DNA from: Massalongia carnosa | Taxonomy: Eukaryota | Length of the DNA stretch: 64,000 bases | Direction: 5' to 3' | Assembly (NCBI GenBank): GCA_965645245.1 | Contig: OZ287075.1 | Location: 682,001 to 746,000 of the forward strand | Part shown: one piece after another, positions 52,125-64,000 of the stretch | Layout of the letters: every line of letters begins with the position of its first letter | Position numbering within the stretch: position 1 is the first letter of the stretch | The notes under the pieces: generated by a model | What the model was told of the DNA's origin: nothing | Database searches by the model: none | Seen by the model: only the letters and a program-made list of their open reading frames with translations | Translations under genes and position numbers: made by a program

Positions 52125-55100
52125 CTCACAAAGGTCATGACCGTTAGACTACAGAAGATCATGACTATGACAAGTCTCAGTAGAAGTTCTTGGCTATTGG
52201 ACAGCGCGGCAGATATGCATGTATGCAATCACAGACCCTCTTTCACTGACTACATAGACTATCCTACAGGACTAGCAGGATCAACGTCCACAGGCACATC
52301 GCCAGGAAGAGGGACTATTCAAAAAACTTTGACATCAGAGGACGGATCACCTTGTTCAGTTTTGACCCTCAACAATGTACTTTACATTCCTCAATGCCCT
52401 GTGAGCCTCGTCAGCCTTGGACTACTCAATCAGCATTCTATTTTCTATGATAACTCGAACTGGAGACTGTTCCTTGAACCTACCAAGAAAATCATATGTT
52501 ATGTACCCAGAGTTAACAGCAACTTCATGCTACAAACCATAGACACTCTAGATATGAGGATGCATCTGAACAAGATTGACGAGAACACTTATCAAGAAGA
52601 AAACGTCGCTATTCATCAAACTTTCATAAAATTCAAGCTCACAACTTGGCATGCACGTCTTGGTCATCTCAACATACCGACATGCCGAAAGTACCTGAAA
52701 ACACTGAACATAACGTTTGTTGACGATATCAATCAGGGTTGGTTCTGTCATGCTTGCGAGATGGGGAAAGCCACCAAGATATACAATCGAACTCCACAAG
52801 AGAAAGCCACGGAGATCTTCCAGAAAATAAACTCCGACATGGTAGGACCAATCAAACCAGTAGGGCTCCTTGAAGAGCTCTACTTCTTCACCTTCACCTG
52901 TGACGCCAGCAGATACACTCATGTTTATACGGGACACAAAAAAAGTGAATGGTTTGATCACTTGTTGACATACAACAACATGGCTCAAAACAAATCTGGG
53001 AAAGCAAAGCCAATAAGCATCTTTCGCACTGACTTCGGCACAGAACTACGCAGTCACAAGTCAGATAACTGGTTCCTTCAACAAGGTATAATATATGAAC
53101 CTTCCGCCACATATTCTCAAGAAGAAAACGGTGTCGCAGAACGAATGGGTAGGACCATCATGGACATGACAAGATGCACAGTTATTGGTGGAGGAATTCC
53201 AGATTATCTGTGGACAGAAGTCGTTTTAGCCATGGTTCACACCAAAAACGTTAGACCAACAAACGCCTTGGGAGGTAAAACCCCCTATGAAGTCTTTGAG
53301 AACAAACCACCCAAGCTAGATCACTTGAGAGTACTTGGATCCACCGTTTATGCATTGATTCATGAACAAGAGCGAAAGGGAATGAACAGCAAGTCTGCAA
53401 AATTCGCCCCAAGAGCTCAGAAAGGAATCTTGTGTGGATATGACGGAAACACTATCTATCGCGTCTTCCTGGAAAAAGACTACAAGGTCATTCGAGTCAA
53501 AGATCTACGAATTCATGAAGATGCTATAGACAAGAATGAGACTGATCTGCCTACATACGATTCCGTGATGATTGTTGAAGAAGATGAGAATCTGCCTAAA
53601 GCTATTTCCAACTCTTCCAGAACTCAACCACGGTTAAATCCCGAAGTCACTGAAGCTTCAAAACGAGGAAGAGGTAGGCCCAGGAAACATGCTCATGTAG
53701 CACAAGTACTGGCCCTTCTGTCTAATGAAGCACTGACTGAACCAGAGCATATCTTCACAATGGTAGACAAAGATGAAGAAGATCCACTCATACTTCTAGC
53801 CAAGGAAATGGAAAAAGAGGGAGCAGCAAACCTAAACGATCTTGATGCGTTCGTTCAATCAGACATAGCTGAGCCACAGACATATCATCAAGCAATGAAC
53901 TCCAGCTATTCAAACGAATGGAGCCTGGCAATGAACGAAGAGCACAAGAGCCTCATGGAAAACAACACCTGGGATACTGTACCTATCGAAACCATGAAAC
54001 TTGGACACATAGCATTAAGCGGTAAGTGGGTATATAAGCTAAAGAAAGATGTGAATGGAAACATCACCCGCTTCAAAGCTAGATGGGTCGTCAAGGGATA
54101 TCTACAACAATACGGAGTAGACTTCGATCAAACCTTCGCTTCTGTGGTCAAGCCGATGGCCTTTCGTCTGATATTCGCATTAGCTGCTTATCATGACTTG
54201 GATATCGAACAACTCGATATAGTGACAGCTTTCCTCAATGGCTTCATTGATCAACTCATCTATGTTCACATGCCAAAAGGTTATGACGTACCCGGCATGA
54301 TATGTAAACTGAACAAGGCCCTGTATGGTCTAAAACAGTCTCCTCGCCTCTGGTATGAACGACTTTCTACCTTTCTGCTGCAAAAATTAGGACTCGAGAA
54401 GCTTCACGCAGACCACAGCATCTTCGCCACACCTCAAGGCATAAAAGGTCCCATCGTTACTTCTTTCGTTGATGATCTGAACATCATAGGTCCAAAGGGC
54501 TCCCAAATGATCACCGAAGTCAAGAGACAACTCAAGCTAGCATTCAAAATGGTAGACATGGGACCGATCAGTTACTACTTAGGTCTCAAGGTCGAACGAG
54601 ATCGAGTCAAAAGGATCATCAAGCTATCTCAACCAACCTATATTGAGAAAGTGCTAGAAAGATTTCATATGCAAAATGCAAAAACAGCCAATACTCCCAT
54701 GCGAGAAGAATGTCTTTTCACCAATGAATCCCAAGCCTCCGACAAAGACATTAGACAATATTAAACCATTGTTGGATCCATCATGTTCGCGATGATAGAA
54801 ACAAGACCCGACATTGCTTTTGCAACATCTGCAGTCAGTCGACATTCGAAAAATCCAAGCAGGACACACATGGAAGCGGCCAAACATATTCTCAGGTATC
54901 TTAGCGCTACCAAGGACAGAGGTATCACCTTCGGCGGAGGAGACCTGACAATACAAGGGTATTCCGATTCCGACTGGGCCGGAGACAAGGAAGAACGCAA
55001 GTCAACGTCTGGTTATGTCTTCATGTTAAACAATGGACCCATAAGCTGGTGCTCCAAAAGACAAACAACCGTCGCATTATCATCAACTGAAGCAGAGTAT

Positions 55101-55502
55101 ATGGCACTTACCTTAGCAGCAAAGGAGGCCACATGGCTACGTTTACTGATGACCGAACTTGGATTAATGACTATAGACAACGAATCCCCAACGGTAAATG
55201 TGTTAAGAGGAGAAGGCACCATCGCATTAAAAGGCGACAATCAAAGCGCCATAGCCCTTGCCAACAATCCTGTCTTACACGCTAGGACTAAGCACATAGA
55301 CATTCAGCATCACTTCATCCGGAACGAGGTCCTCGAGGGACGAATCGACCTCACCTATGTCTCAACAGAAGACATGATAGCAGACGGACTGACAAAACCT
55401 CTCACTCATGTTAAGTTCTTCTCGTTTGTCAGACAATTACACATGGATAACAATTCAACCACGGTTGAACCTACAGGCAAAACAAGTACTGGCAGGACTT
55501 GA
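52125..55502 (+). pseudogene. pol: Pol of the Copia element (protease-integrase-RT-RNaseH) with one nonsense codon at 54762-54764
   Basis: WLLDSAA, WHARLGH...CHAC, FRTDFGTE, ENGVAER, FKARWVVKG, LYGLKQSPRLW, FVDDL, YSDSDWAG, KHIDIQHHF. TAA replaces the conserved Q in Y*TIVGS. Confidence 0.93.
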
Positions 55503-55955
55503 GGGGGGGTGTTGAATATTCAACTCCTACCAGTACAGTGAACACCTACCAGTTCAATGAACATAGCACCTACGACTGCCCAAGATGGACAGAGCACCTA
55601 CAGAAACCGTAGATGCCGTATTAGGCTTAGCCTAGAGATTAGATAAGATCAGCTCAGATAATCTTATCACCTCGCTTAGCAGAGGGTGACCAGTTATGGG
55701 ACAAAGACTGCTGAACAGCACTCTTCATCCTTAACATCACGGTCATACATACCATTTTTATCATAGCCATATAGCCATAGTCATATACCTATTTCAACAC
55801 AAAGACTATCCGTACACGAGAAACAAGCACTGATTATATAGATTGAAAGAATGACTGCATAGGGCTGGCCCCCTCGAATTATACATCTTAAAAGCATTGC
55901 TAAGAGTTTAATAGAGACCAAAGGGGATCGAAAAGCGCTTAGATACTATTGGTAT

Positions 55956-58777
55956 TCTGGTGGGGCGACACGTGTCATCTATGGTCAGGTGACATGGCAA
56001 GCCTGTATGGGGATAAAACGGGTTTTTGCTGGCGTTTTCTTCATCATCTCCGGACATTATCTTCTATTACCTACGCTATCATCATCATCGTCGTGTCACG
56101 TAGTTATCGACATACGTTCATTTCGTGCATGAACTAGTCGTTCAGTCGTTAAGTCGTCGAGTTCGTTTCATGTCTATGTAGTCGTAGGTCTATTCAGACG
56201 TTTGTGTATGTATGTGTATGTGTATGTGTTCACTGCTCAGTTCGTCATCTATCATCACGTACCACCACCTTCTATTAGCACGCACGACTACCCTTCTTCA
56301 TTGGCGACCACGGTGCGATATATGATTGTACTGGTGCAATTGAGCGGTTGAACTGAGCATCAAACGTCGAAAACCTCCTTGTTTTGCACCTCTGATCACT
56401 CTGACTACTCTACCTCCGGCCGTGCACGATCGAGTCCTCCTACATCAAATCAAGCATTATGGCCCCCATCAGCTTTTTTACCTTTTCGACCTCCGCTACC
56501 CCTACTGTTACCGTTTCACCGACTGCATGCGTTCCAGACGTCTATTTCTGGGAATGGCTAGTCGTTCTATTCACTGCACTGATGGCGATGATCTCGTGTT
56601 GCACCTTCTGCTTTTGGGCCAATCATCCGACCGAGACCTACAGGACTAGTTTGACTGCACCTACTCCGTTATCAGTGAAACAATCACGTCAGCGAAGACG
56701 AACGAAACGTGGCAGGCCTACCAAAAGAGCCTCCGTTTCGACCTCCGAGTCGTCAGAGTCGTTCGAGTCGTTCACGTCTATCACTAGTTTACCTTCATCT
56801 TCACCTTCACCTTTATCAACAAATTCACCTCTAAAAAAGCGACAACGTCGTCATCTTCCGAGAAAGCGATAGCAAAATAGCCGGTCTATCTCCGTGTCGA
56901 GGGCATCGTCTGTCAGTTCATCAGCACCGTCAGTATCATCATCAACTGCCTTGGTTGCATCAATAATGTCATACATGAGCATGGACGAATTGTTCGCGAA
57001 ATATGGGGCATAAAAGGCCTATGTAGCCAATACAAACTATCCAGAATCGCTGCCTATTTGTCCAGCAGTCGCCGTGTCACCACCGGTTACTATGTCTGCA
57101 CCGTCTGCACCGTTTATGTCTGCACCGTCTACCGCACCACTGTCACCCATCATCGCTCATCGTTCTGCCGTGTCTTCGGCACCTGTCATCACCGCTATCG
57201 AGTCAGCTGACACTAAGTCAGCAATTGAGTCATCTACACGTGGGCCGGAAGGGCCGAAATCAGCACTTTTACGTTCAGCACCTGGTTGTAGCAATGAGCT
57301 AGCGCGGGCCGGGGAAAGGCCGACTACTGAGTCCGCTGCGTCTACTGTCACTGCGTCTGCTGACACTAAGTCAGTCATTGAGTCATCAAAAAAGGGGCCG
57401 GAAAGGCCAAAATTAACATTATTTCATTCAGCCTCTGAGGTCAATGTGGAGCTAGCTATGGCCGGACGCCTTCCGGACGTCAGCTACGTCGAAATTGACG
57501 ACTATTTAGCACCTTCTCGTTCAGCATCACCGTCCCGTTCAGCGTCATCTTTTCGTTCAGCACGTTCAACACATTCAGCGTCATCATTCATTCAATTAGT
57601 GACCTTCGTTTCGTCAAATGTCGATGAATATCTGTCTACTTTGCCGATCATTCAGTCATCTATCTCTCCTCGAGCACTAGGGTTTTTATATTTGCAGGCC
57701 TCTACCTGGATAGTTCCTATGTTTCGAATATCTAGCCTTCCCCTTTCGGAAGCCCTAAATCAACTAGCAGGTGCTGATACCACGAAAATATTGCTGCACA
57801 CTGTCGTGGGTCGAGAGATTTTGACCGAGTTGCTGACAAAAGTGAAAGAAATTCTCGCACGGTTATCAGCTAGTGCCACCGTGTCAGCCAATTTGGTGAG
57901 GTCGTTTCCACCTCCATATAGGTCAGGGCCATGGCAGTCAGACCGAGCTAGGCACGCACGGGCTAGACGTGCAAAACGTTCGCGCTGGATACTACCTGCA
58001 CCTCCGGTTTCATATTATTCCACTCCATTTGACAGGCCCGGCCTATCTAATCAGTCAGCGTCAGCACCAGCACCGTCATCACCTCCGTCGTTATCATCAG
58101 CCCTACCAGCTGCACCACCGGTTGATACCTTGCTATTACCTGAAACGGTCAAGTCGTCAACATTTGAGGTCTATCGGGCGAGCGGTGCGTTCATTCCGCC
58201 TCAGGCTAACTCCATGTAGTCGTCCGGAACACCGTCAACAGACCCATCAGTCAGTCAACAACGATTTATTCAGTTCGTGTCTACCCCCGAGGGCTGGCAG
58301 GCAATAGTGACGATGATGGAGGCTATTCAGCAGCGGATAGGGGTCGATGTGAGTCGTGTTTTTCACATGTGACGTGATCATATGAGCTGTGATTGGCCCG
58401 CAGGGCAGACTAGTGAGGCGGACAGATTAGAGGCGAGGCGAGGGCTCAGAGACGAGTTCTGATTAGTCAGGCGAGGTGAGCTGGCGAAGTGTTGACAGAT
58501 GCCAGGGGACGGCATCTTTAGGGTGTGAGGCTATGTGGTGGGGCGACATGTGTCATCTATGGTCAGGTGACATGGCAAGCCTGTGTGGGGATAAAACGGG
58601 TTTTTTGCTGGCGTTTTCTTCATCATCTCCGGACATCATCTTCTATCACCTACGCTGTCATCATCATCGTCGTGTCACGTAGTCGTCGACACACGTTCAT
58701 TTCGTGCATCAACTAGTCGCTCAGTTGTTCAGTCGTCGAGTTCTTTTCATGTCTTTGCAGTCGTAGGTCAATTCAGA

Positions 58778-58808
<31 letters not shown>

Positions 58809-58879
58809 TTACTGCTCAGTTCGCCATCTATCATCACGTACCACTACCTTCTATTAGTACGCACGACTTCCCTTCTTTG
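55956..58879 (+). mobile_element. Non-autonomous LTR element (about 345-bp direct repeats 55956-56300 and 58534-58879) carrying one decayed non-Gag/Pol ORF
   Basis: Direct repeats, PBS-like TGGCGACCACGG at 56302 and purine-rich AGGGTGTGAGG before the second repeat. It interrupts the Fot1-like transposase; no clean TSD. Confidence 0.75.
56459..58372 (+). pseudogene. About 637-codon Ser/Pro/Ala-rich ORF with an N-terminal hydrophobic helix and three in-frame stops
   Basis: ORFs 56459-56872 and 57074-58219 share a frame; the only stops are at 56870 (TAG), 57011 (TAA) and 58217 (TAG) before TGA at 58370. Confidence 0.6.
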
Positions 58880-60200
58880 TTGTAAAAACTTTTTGAACAG
58901 ACATACTAAATTCAAGTTAAAATATAATAGAAATTTGGATTAGGTCAGAAAAGACGCCAGCGACCCTGTTATCATGAAGGATTGGTTCGATTTGTGCATG
59001 ACCACTCGCGAGAAATACGGTGTCGCAGATGCAGATATATGATTTGATTTGATTATTCTTACGCCGTTGTGTCACCGGCCGAAGGCCGGCCCATGCGGGA
59101 GTTACTATATAAGCGATGTAATAAGTAGAAAACCTAAAGGTGAAAAACTACTCCTGCGCATCCGCTTCATCGGGGGTTCGCCGCTCCCGCGGATTGATTC
59201 CTGTATCTCGAAAATCGGCGATACCTGTTTTTCAATCTGAAAAGAGACTGCCCGGCTGCTGTTCAAGCAGTTGCGTGGCAATAGAATACTGTGTTAAAAT
59301 ACGGCGCAGGAGCCACGTGGTTACAACTTTGAGAACATTGGGTTCGATGATTAACTTGCGGTAGTCTGACGTGCCTGCCGTTCGTAGCATATGCTTTCTG
59401 TGTTCGTGCAGTCTGCAGAACATGATTACATGCTTGGCTGTTTGTAAGAGGCTTCCGCAGGGACATGCCGCCGAGTTCACACCTGGGACCTTGCGCCGAT
59501 TTAGAAAGATTGCCGGTCCGATTTTTTCCATTCTTATCTGTGTTGCTAGTGAGCTTTGCGCTTTGTCTAGTAACTTGTTTGCGTTAAGCCTTTTCCTGAG
59601 TATAGGCGCCTGTTGTGCAATCGTGGGATATAACGTGTGTTTTGCTTGATATGCTTTCCACTTGTTGATCCACTGATTCTCAAAGTGCTTCTTTATTATC
59701 CCGTCTCGTAGGTTCTGCGTCGTTACTTGCGCTGTGCGTTGTCTCTTCTATACCTCGTCGATCGTTGTACAGGGAAGGGGAGAGGGTTGATCCAGTTTAA
59801 CTGTTTTCGGTGCGTCTTTCGTTATCTTTATTACCCATTCTCGTTTACGAATTCCCGGTGTTTTCTCTGCGACTCGCGATTGACCTCTTTTACCTCTGAG
59901 TTTCACTTGAATTCTATTGCACTCCTGCTTTATAATTTTTTCCTGTTCGCTGTTCGAGATTCTGGATCTCGTTTTTGCTTGTAAGCGGTCTAGATATTGC
60001 ATTAAGGGAGGTATGTGGGTTTCTGCCTACAATACTTCAATTGGGGTAGCCTTGTACGCTCCGACTATGACTCGTAAACACCTGTTTTGTATGACCTCGA
60101 GTTTGCTTCTTGATTCGATTTTGGCTTTCTTTCTTGCTTCGGCTGGCATATGCCATGCTATCGAGCCGTGCGCCATGGCGGGGCGTATTACTGCTATATA

Positions 60201-61524
60201 CAAATCGGGTCTAGGAAGTCAGCAAACACTTAGCTTAATTTCCCCTTATCTAAATTCCCCCCTTACTTCACCCCCCCTTTCTACATTAATTTTTATCTGA
60301 TCAACGAAATGCCTTCTAAACCCAAGACGGCCAGACGTGAACACTCGTCTGAAACCATTGCTATCGTTGTAGCCCTTCATGAAGTCTACTTATCCTATGC
60401 TGAAATAGCCCGTCAAGTTCGGCTGGCCCGTTCCACCGTAGTCACCATAGTTCATAGAGCTAAGAGATAAGCCGACGCCTCTTCCGTTCCCAAAAAACGT
60501 ACTGGTCGGCCAACCAAGCTAAATGTCCGTGCCAGACGGGCATTGATTCGCCATGTTGAGAAAAATCCACACGATAATTTGCTGGCCCTGACTACCCCTT
60601 CCAAATCGGGTCAAAAGCTCTCTCGCGTCACCGTACGAAAATATCTGAAGCTCGGTGGCTATTTCCGTTTCAGGGCTAGAAAAAAGCCGTTTCTATTAGC
60701 ACGTCACAAAGCAATCAGGCTAAAATAGGGCAAGGAGCATAAGCATTGGACGCTAGTAGATTGGGCCCGAGTTATATGGACAGATAAAGCTACGTTTGAA
60801 ACTGGTTTAGACACTCGCTCGTGCTACGTCACGAGACGAAAAGGCACGGCCATGGAGTCTAGATATCTGAAGCCTATATTCAAAAGCGGACGAAGCACTG
60901 TGGGCATCTGGGCTAGCATACGATTGGGTGAAAAAGGCCCTATGCTCGTTTTGAATAAGGGGAGACGAATGAATTCAGATATCTACATTGACGAGGTGCT
61001 ACGGCCTTTAGGGCTCTCGTTTTATGAAGCATGCTTGACTAGGCGAGGTTTGACGATCTGGATGGATGACGGAGCCAGCTATCATACTTCGAAAAAGGTG
61101 ATTGATTGGGGAAGACGAAACGGGCTTTTACGCATGGATTGGCCACCTCAGTCACCCGATTTGAATCCCATTGAGAATCTCTGGCGTATTATCAAAATAC
61201 GGGTCAGTGCCCGTCGTCACCAAATCCATACAATTGAGGCCATGGAGCAGGCTATTCGGGAGGAATGGGAGCTGTTGACTGAGGAGGACTTCAGACGGTG
61301 CATTGAGAGCATGCCTGAGCGTATTCGCTTTCTTATTAAGGTTAAAGGGGGTTCTATTAAATACTGATAACTTAATCTTCTTCAGCATGCAGTATTTGAC
61401 GAAATATGTAGGTTTCAATGCATCAAGTTGGAAATTGATTGATTGGGGTGATTTTCATCATTAGGGGTGAGGGGTAAAATGGGGGTGGAACGTGCGCTGT
61501 TCGGTCACTTCCTAGACCCGACTG
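60201..61524 (+). mobile_element. Tc1-family (DD34E-type) DNA transposon; transposase pseudogene 60309-61367
   Basis: TIR (CA)..TCGGGTCTAGGAAGT and TA TSD; motifs GRPTKL, WTDK (for WTDE), WMDDGA, SPDLNPIENLW; stops at 60468 and 60726 in an otherwise single frame. Confidence 0.93.
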
Positions 61525-63314
61525 TACACGTGGCGGGCTCGTAGGAGGGTCGCCCCCCAGGTTGAGGCTGCGATTTTGGTCAGTGCCATTGTTTGTCTCG
61601 CCATTTTCTTCTGAATTTCCTTGTAATGCGCTGCCCAATCGAGTCTAGTGTCAATGTATATTCCCAGGACTCTTATCGAAGTCTTAGTCTTCAGGATCTT
61701 GCCTCTTACCGCGAAGGATGCGTCCAGGTTGAATTTCTTTAGATTCTTTGCCAGGTGTATCAGCTCGTATTTGTGTGGCGCGAATACGGAGCCGTGGCGA
61801 GCGGCCCATCGTTCGCAGTCGTTGAGTATTTTTTCCAACGTTTTGCAATTCTCTTCGGTGGACTTTCCGTACGCCAGAATATTGACGTCGTCTACGAAAC
61901 CCATGCCCGCTGCGTTAGTACCTGGTCTATTGCAAATATCGAGTAAGTCTGCATTATAAAAGAGGTATAGAATAGGAGATAAAGGAGATCATTGCGGAAT
62001 TCCTATGTTCAGCCGGAATGCGTTAGTTGTTCGTTAGTTGATAGTGAGAGTTGTTTCTCTTTCCTTGAGGAAGCTTTCTGTCCATTTCGTGATCCATTCC
62101 GGAATTTTTCTCTTTCTCAGATTATGAATGAGCCTACGATGTGAAACCGTATCGAAGGCGCCTGAGACGTCCATACTAAGAAGCGATGCTACTTTTTCTT
62201 TCCCTTGCTTCCAGACCGTGTGTACCTGCTCCGTGAGCAGTTCGAGCGCTGTGTCCGTTGCGCGGCCTGGTCTTGCTCCCATTTGCGTGTCTGGAATTAA
62301 TCTGAGTTTTTCCATTAAATAGCTTATTTTCCTTGCTATAATGGATTCTAGCATTTTTCCAAGCGTGTTTAGGAGCGCAATGGGTCTCTACGCCTTAGGA
62401 TCCGCGTAATTACTCTTTCCTGGTTTCTTTAGCGTGATAGTATTGGCGGTTTTGAACGCTCGAGGATAATAACCCTGCTCTGCGCAGGCTTGGAACAGTA
62501 GTGTCAGCAACTTGATCAGATTTTCCGAGCATGCCTTGAGAATTCTATTTGTGATCCCGTCCGGACCGGGTACCTTGTCTAGTTTCGACCTACGAAGCGC
62601 TGCCGCCACTTCTTCTTTCGTGATCAGGATGGGGCAGTCTGGGGTTTGCGGGTACGTGTATCCTACGATGTCGCTGAGATCTGCGTCCGGGGGTAGGGGG
62701 AAGAAAGATCTCTTTAGCATTTTCGCTTTCTCTTCGAAGGTATTGGCTATCGTATTAGGGTCCTGGGTTGTGGCCAGGGGGGGTTTTGTGATTTCTCTAG
62801 GGGCGTCACTTTTGTTTTTACCCCACTTTACTAGACGGAAGAGTCCGGATTGGGAAGATGTGATTGTGGCTATTTGCTGTTTGAAGCAGAGATTTTTTGC
62901 TTTACCGATAATTTTTTGTTTCTTATAGTTTGCTTTAACGTAAGTTTTCCAATCCGCTAGGTTTCTTTCCGCGGTCCAGATTCTTCGTAGCCTACGAGTC
63001 TCTCTTGTTGCGTCGTCGCATTCCTTATTCCAAAAGGGTTTCGCCTCCGGGCTTGGTCTGGCCTATGGTACTGCTTTATCTACGATTTCCTTGAGGTAAT
63101 CCTGGATTTCCTTGGTATATTGATCGATTTCCTCGATGCTATACGACATGCGTGGTGCGGGGGTTCTTTTCTCGATTTCTTTTACCATGTCCATATTTAG
63201 AAGTTTCCAGGCCCTTCGTGGGAGCTTTGTCAGGGGTTCGCAGGAGAGCCGCAGTCTCGTTGAAATCGGTATTTGATCGGAAACTTGATTCATCTCCGGG
63301 ACCGTGGTGCAGTG

Positions 63315-63485
63315 TGTAACGGTTCGACCAAGCGTGGTGCGGACGGCAGGACCTATAGCGAACATAGCAGGAGTCCCAGTTATAGTAGAATAGAGCTTAG
63401 TCTGCGGACTAAGTATTGTGCCTTTTGCTCGGGAAGGACAGGTGGCGCAATGGTAGAAATCTATTCACTATCTCGCTTCGTCACA
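63315..63485 (+). mobile_element. Solo LTR of the TRIM family (171 bp), opposite orientation to the other copies
   Basis: TGTAACG...CGTCACA termini, TSD CAGTG/CAGTA, inside the LINE endonuclease region. Confidence 0.92.
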
Positions 63486-64000
63486 CAGTATTCCAATCTC
63501 TCCGTTAAATCTTCTGTCATGAACACCAGTTCAATAGTGCTGCTGGTCGAGTTTCTTGCTACCCATGTAACTGTTCCTCTTGGAAGTATGAGAGAGAGAT
63601 TTTTGTTTTCTATAATGTCTAGCAGTTGCTCGGACGCCTCGTGCTGTCCTCGTACCCCTGCTCCACCCCAGTATGGGTGATGGAGATTGAAGTCTCCTAG
63701 AAGAATATGCTCTCCGGGGTCTTGTAATTGGTGTAATACTTTTTTATTTTTTTATTCATTTATTCATTAAGTGTATTCAACCTAAGGTTATGACAATAAA
63801 ATATTTTAGGATATGTTTCTATAATACAAATAAATCAACCCTTTATAACCCATCTATGTATCGTCAATTTTCCCCCGTTTTTACTCCGTGTTAGTAACAA
63901 TCTATAGTAATCGAGAAATTATCGATTTTACAATTTGTCTTAGTAAGTTCGTAAATGTTTCAACATAAATCATTTCTGATATTACTGTTCGATCTCTCCC

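Larger units (their letters stand above)
49970..55799 (+). mobile_element. Ty1/Copia retrotransposon; 290-bp LTRs 49970-50259 and 55510-55799
   Basis: TSD CAAAG, PBS GGTTATGAGCCC, PPT GAGGGGGGG; the LTRs appear identical by eye. Confidence 0.97.
49672..59040 (+). mobile_element. Decayed Fot1/pogo-like DNA transposon, 5' part, interrupted by Copia, the cargo LTR element and a LINE
   Basis: TA followed by ACGTAATTGCTACTTATTCGGGC TIR-like start. Transposase reads through the insertions: REIARIYNIPRST...QRLSVHEKQAL...GWPPRI...W / KNFLNRH...KDWFD...KYGVADADI. Right end not seen. Confidence 0.75.
59041..63745 (-). mobile_element. Tad1-like LINE (endonuclease-RT pseudogene) with (AATCA)n tail, interrupted by a Tc1 element and a TRIM solo LTR
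   Basis: ILLGDFNLHHPYWGG, SDQIPI, KVPGPDGI, LSMDVSGAFD, GFVDDV, CPCG...TAKHVIMFC; 5' boundary approximate. Confidence 0.9.

Noticed and set aside
63746..64000. Possible tail of a further LINE or continuation of the Fot1-like host
   Set aside because: Too AT-rich and truncated by the window edge to assign.

Overview
Eukaryotic (filamentous ascomycete, Pezizomycotina-like) DNA with short GT..AG introns and CTAAC/CTAAT branch sites. Bases 1-16.4 kb are ordinary gene-bearing sequence: the 3' end of a Ran1/Pat1-like kinase, PRP4 kinase, TMA7, a conserved hypothetical protein, a DAP1-like heme/steroid-binding protein and a Vps70/Tre-like M28 peptidase. From about 16.6 kb to the end the window is a deeply nested transposon island that can be resolved almost completely by target-site duplications (TSDs). 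It holds three chromodomain Ty3/Gypsy elements, one Ty1/Copia element, two Tad1-like LINEs, Tc1, pogo/Fot1 and MULE DNA transposons and several solo LTRs, many with RIP-like C>T/G>A damage. The most unusual component is a 571-bp non-coding miniature LTR element (TRIM). It has an 11-nt Tf1-type self-priming site and a tRNA-like RNA polymerase III A box/B box/T5 arrangement that exists only across its LTR-internal junction. It also forms tandem arrays and inserts into its own LTR. A second oddity is a 2.9-kb LTR element with a tRNA-type primer-binding site (PBS) whose only cargo is one decayed membrane-anchored, non-Gag/Pol ORF. All calls come from reading the sequence; no database searches were run. 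There is a 200-N gap at 25799-25998.
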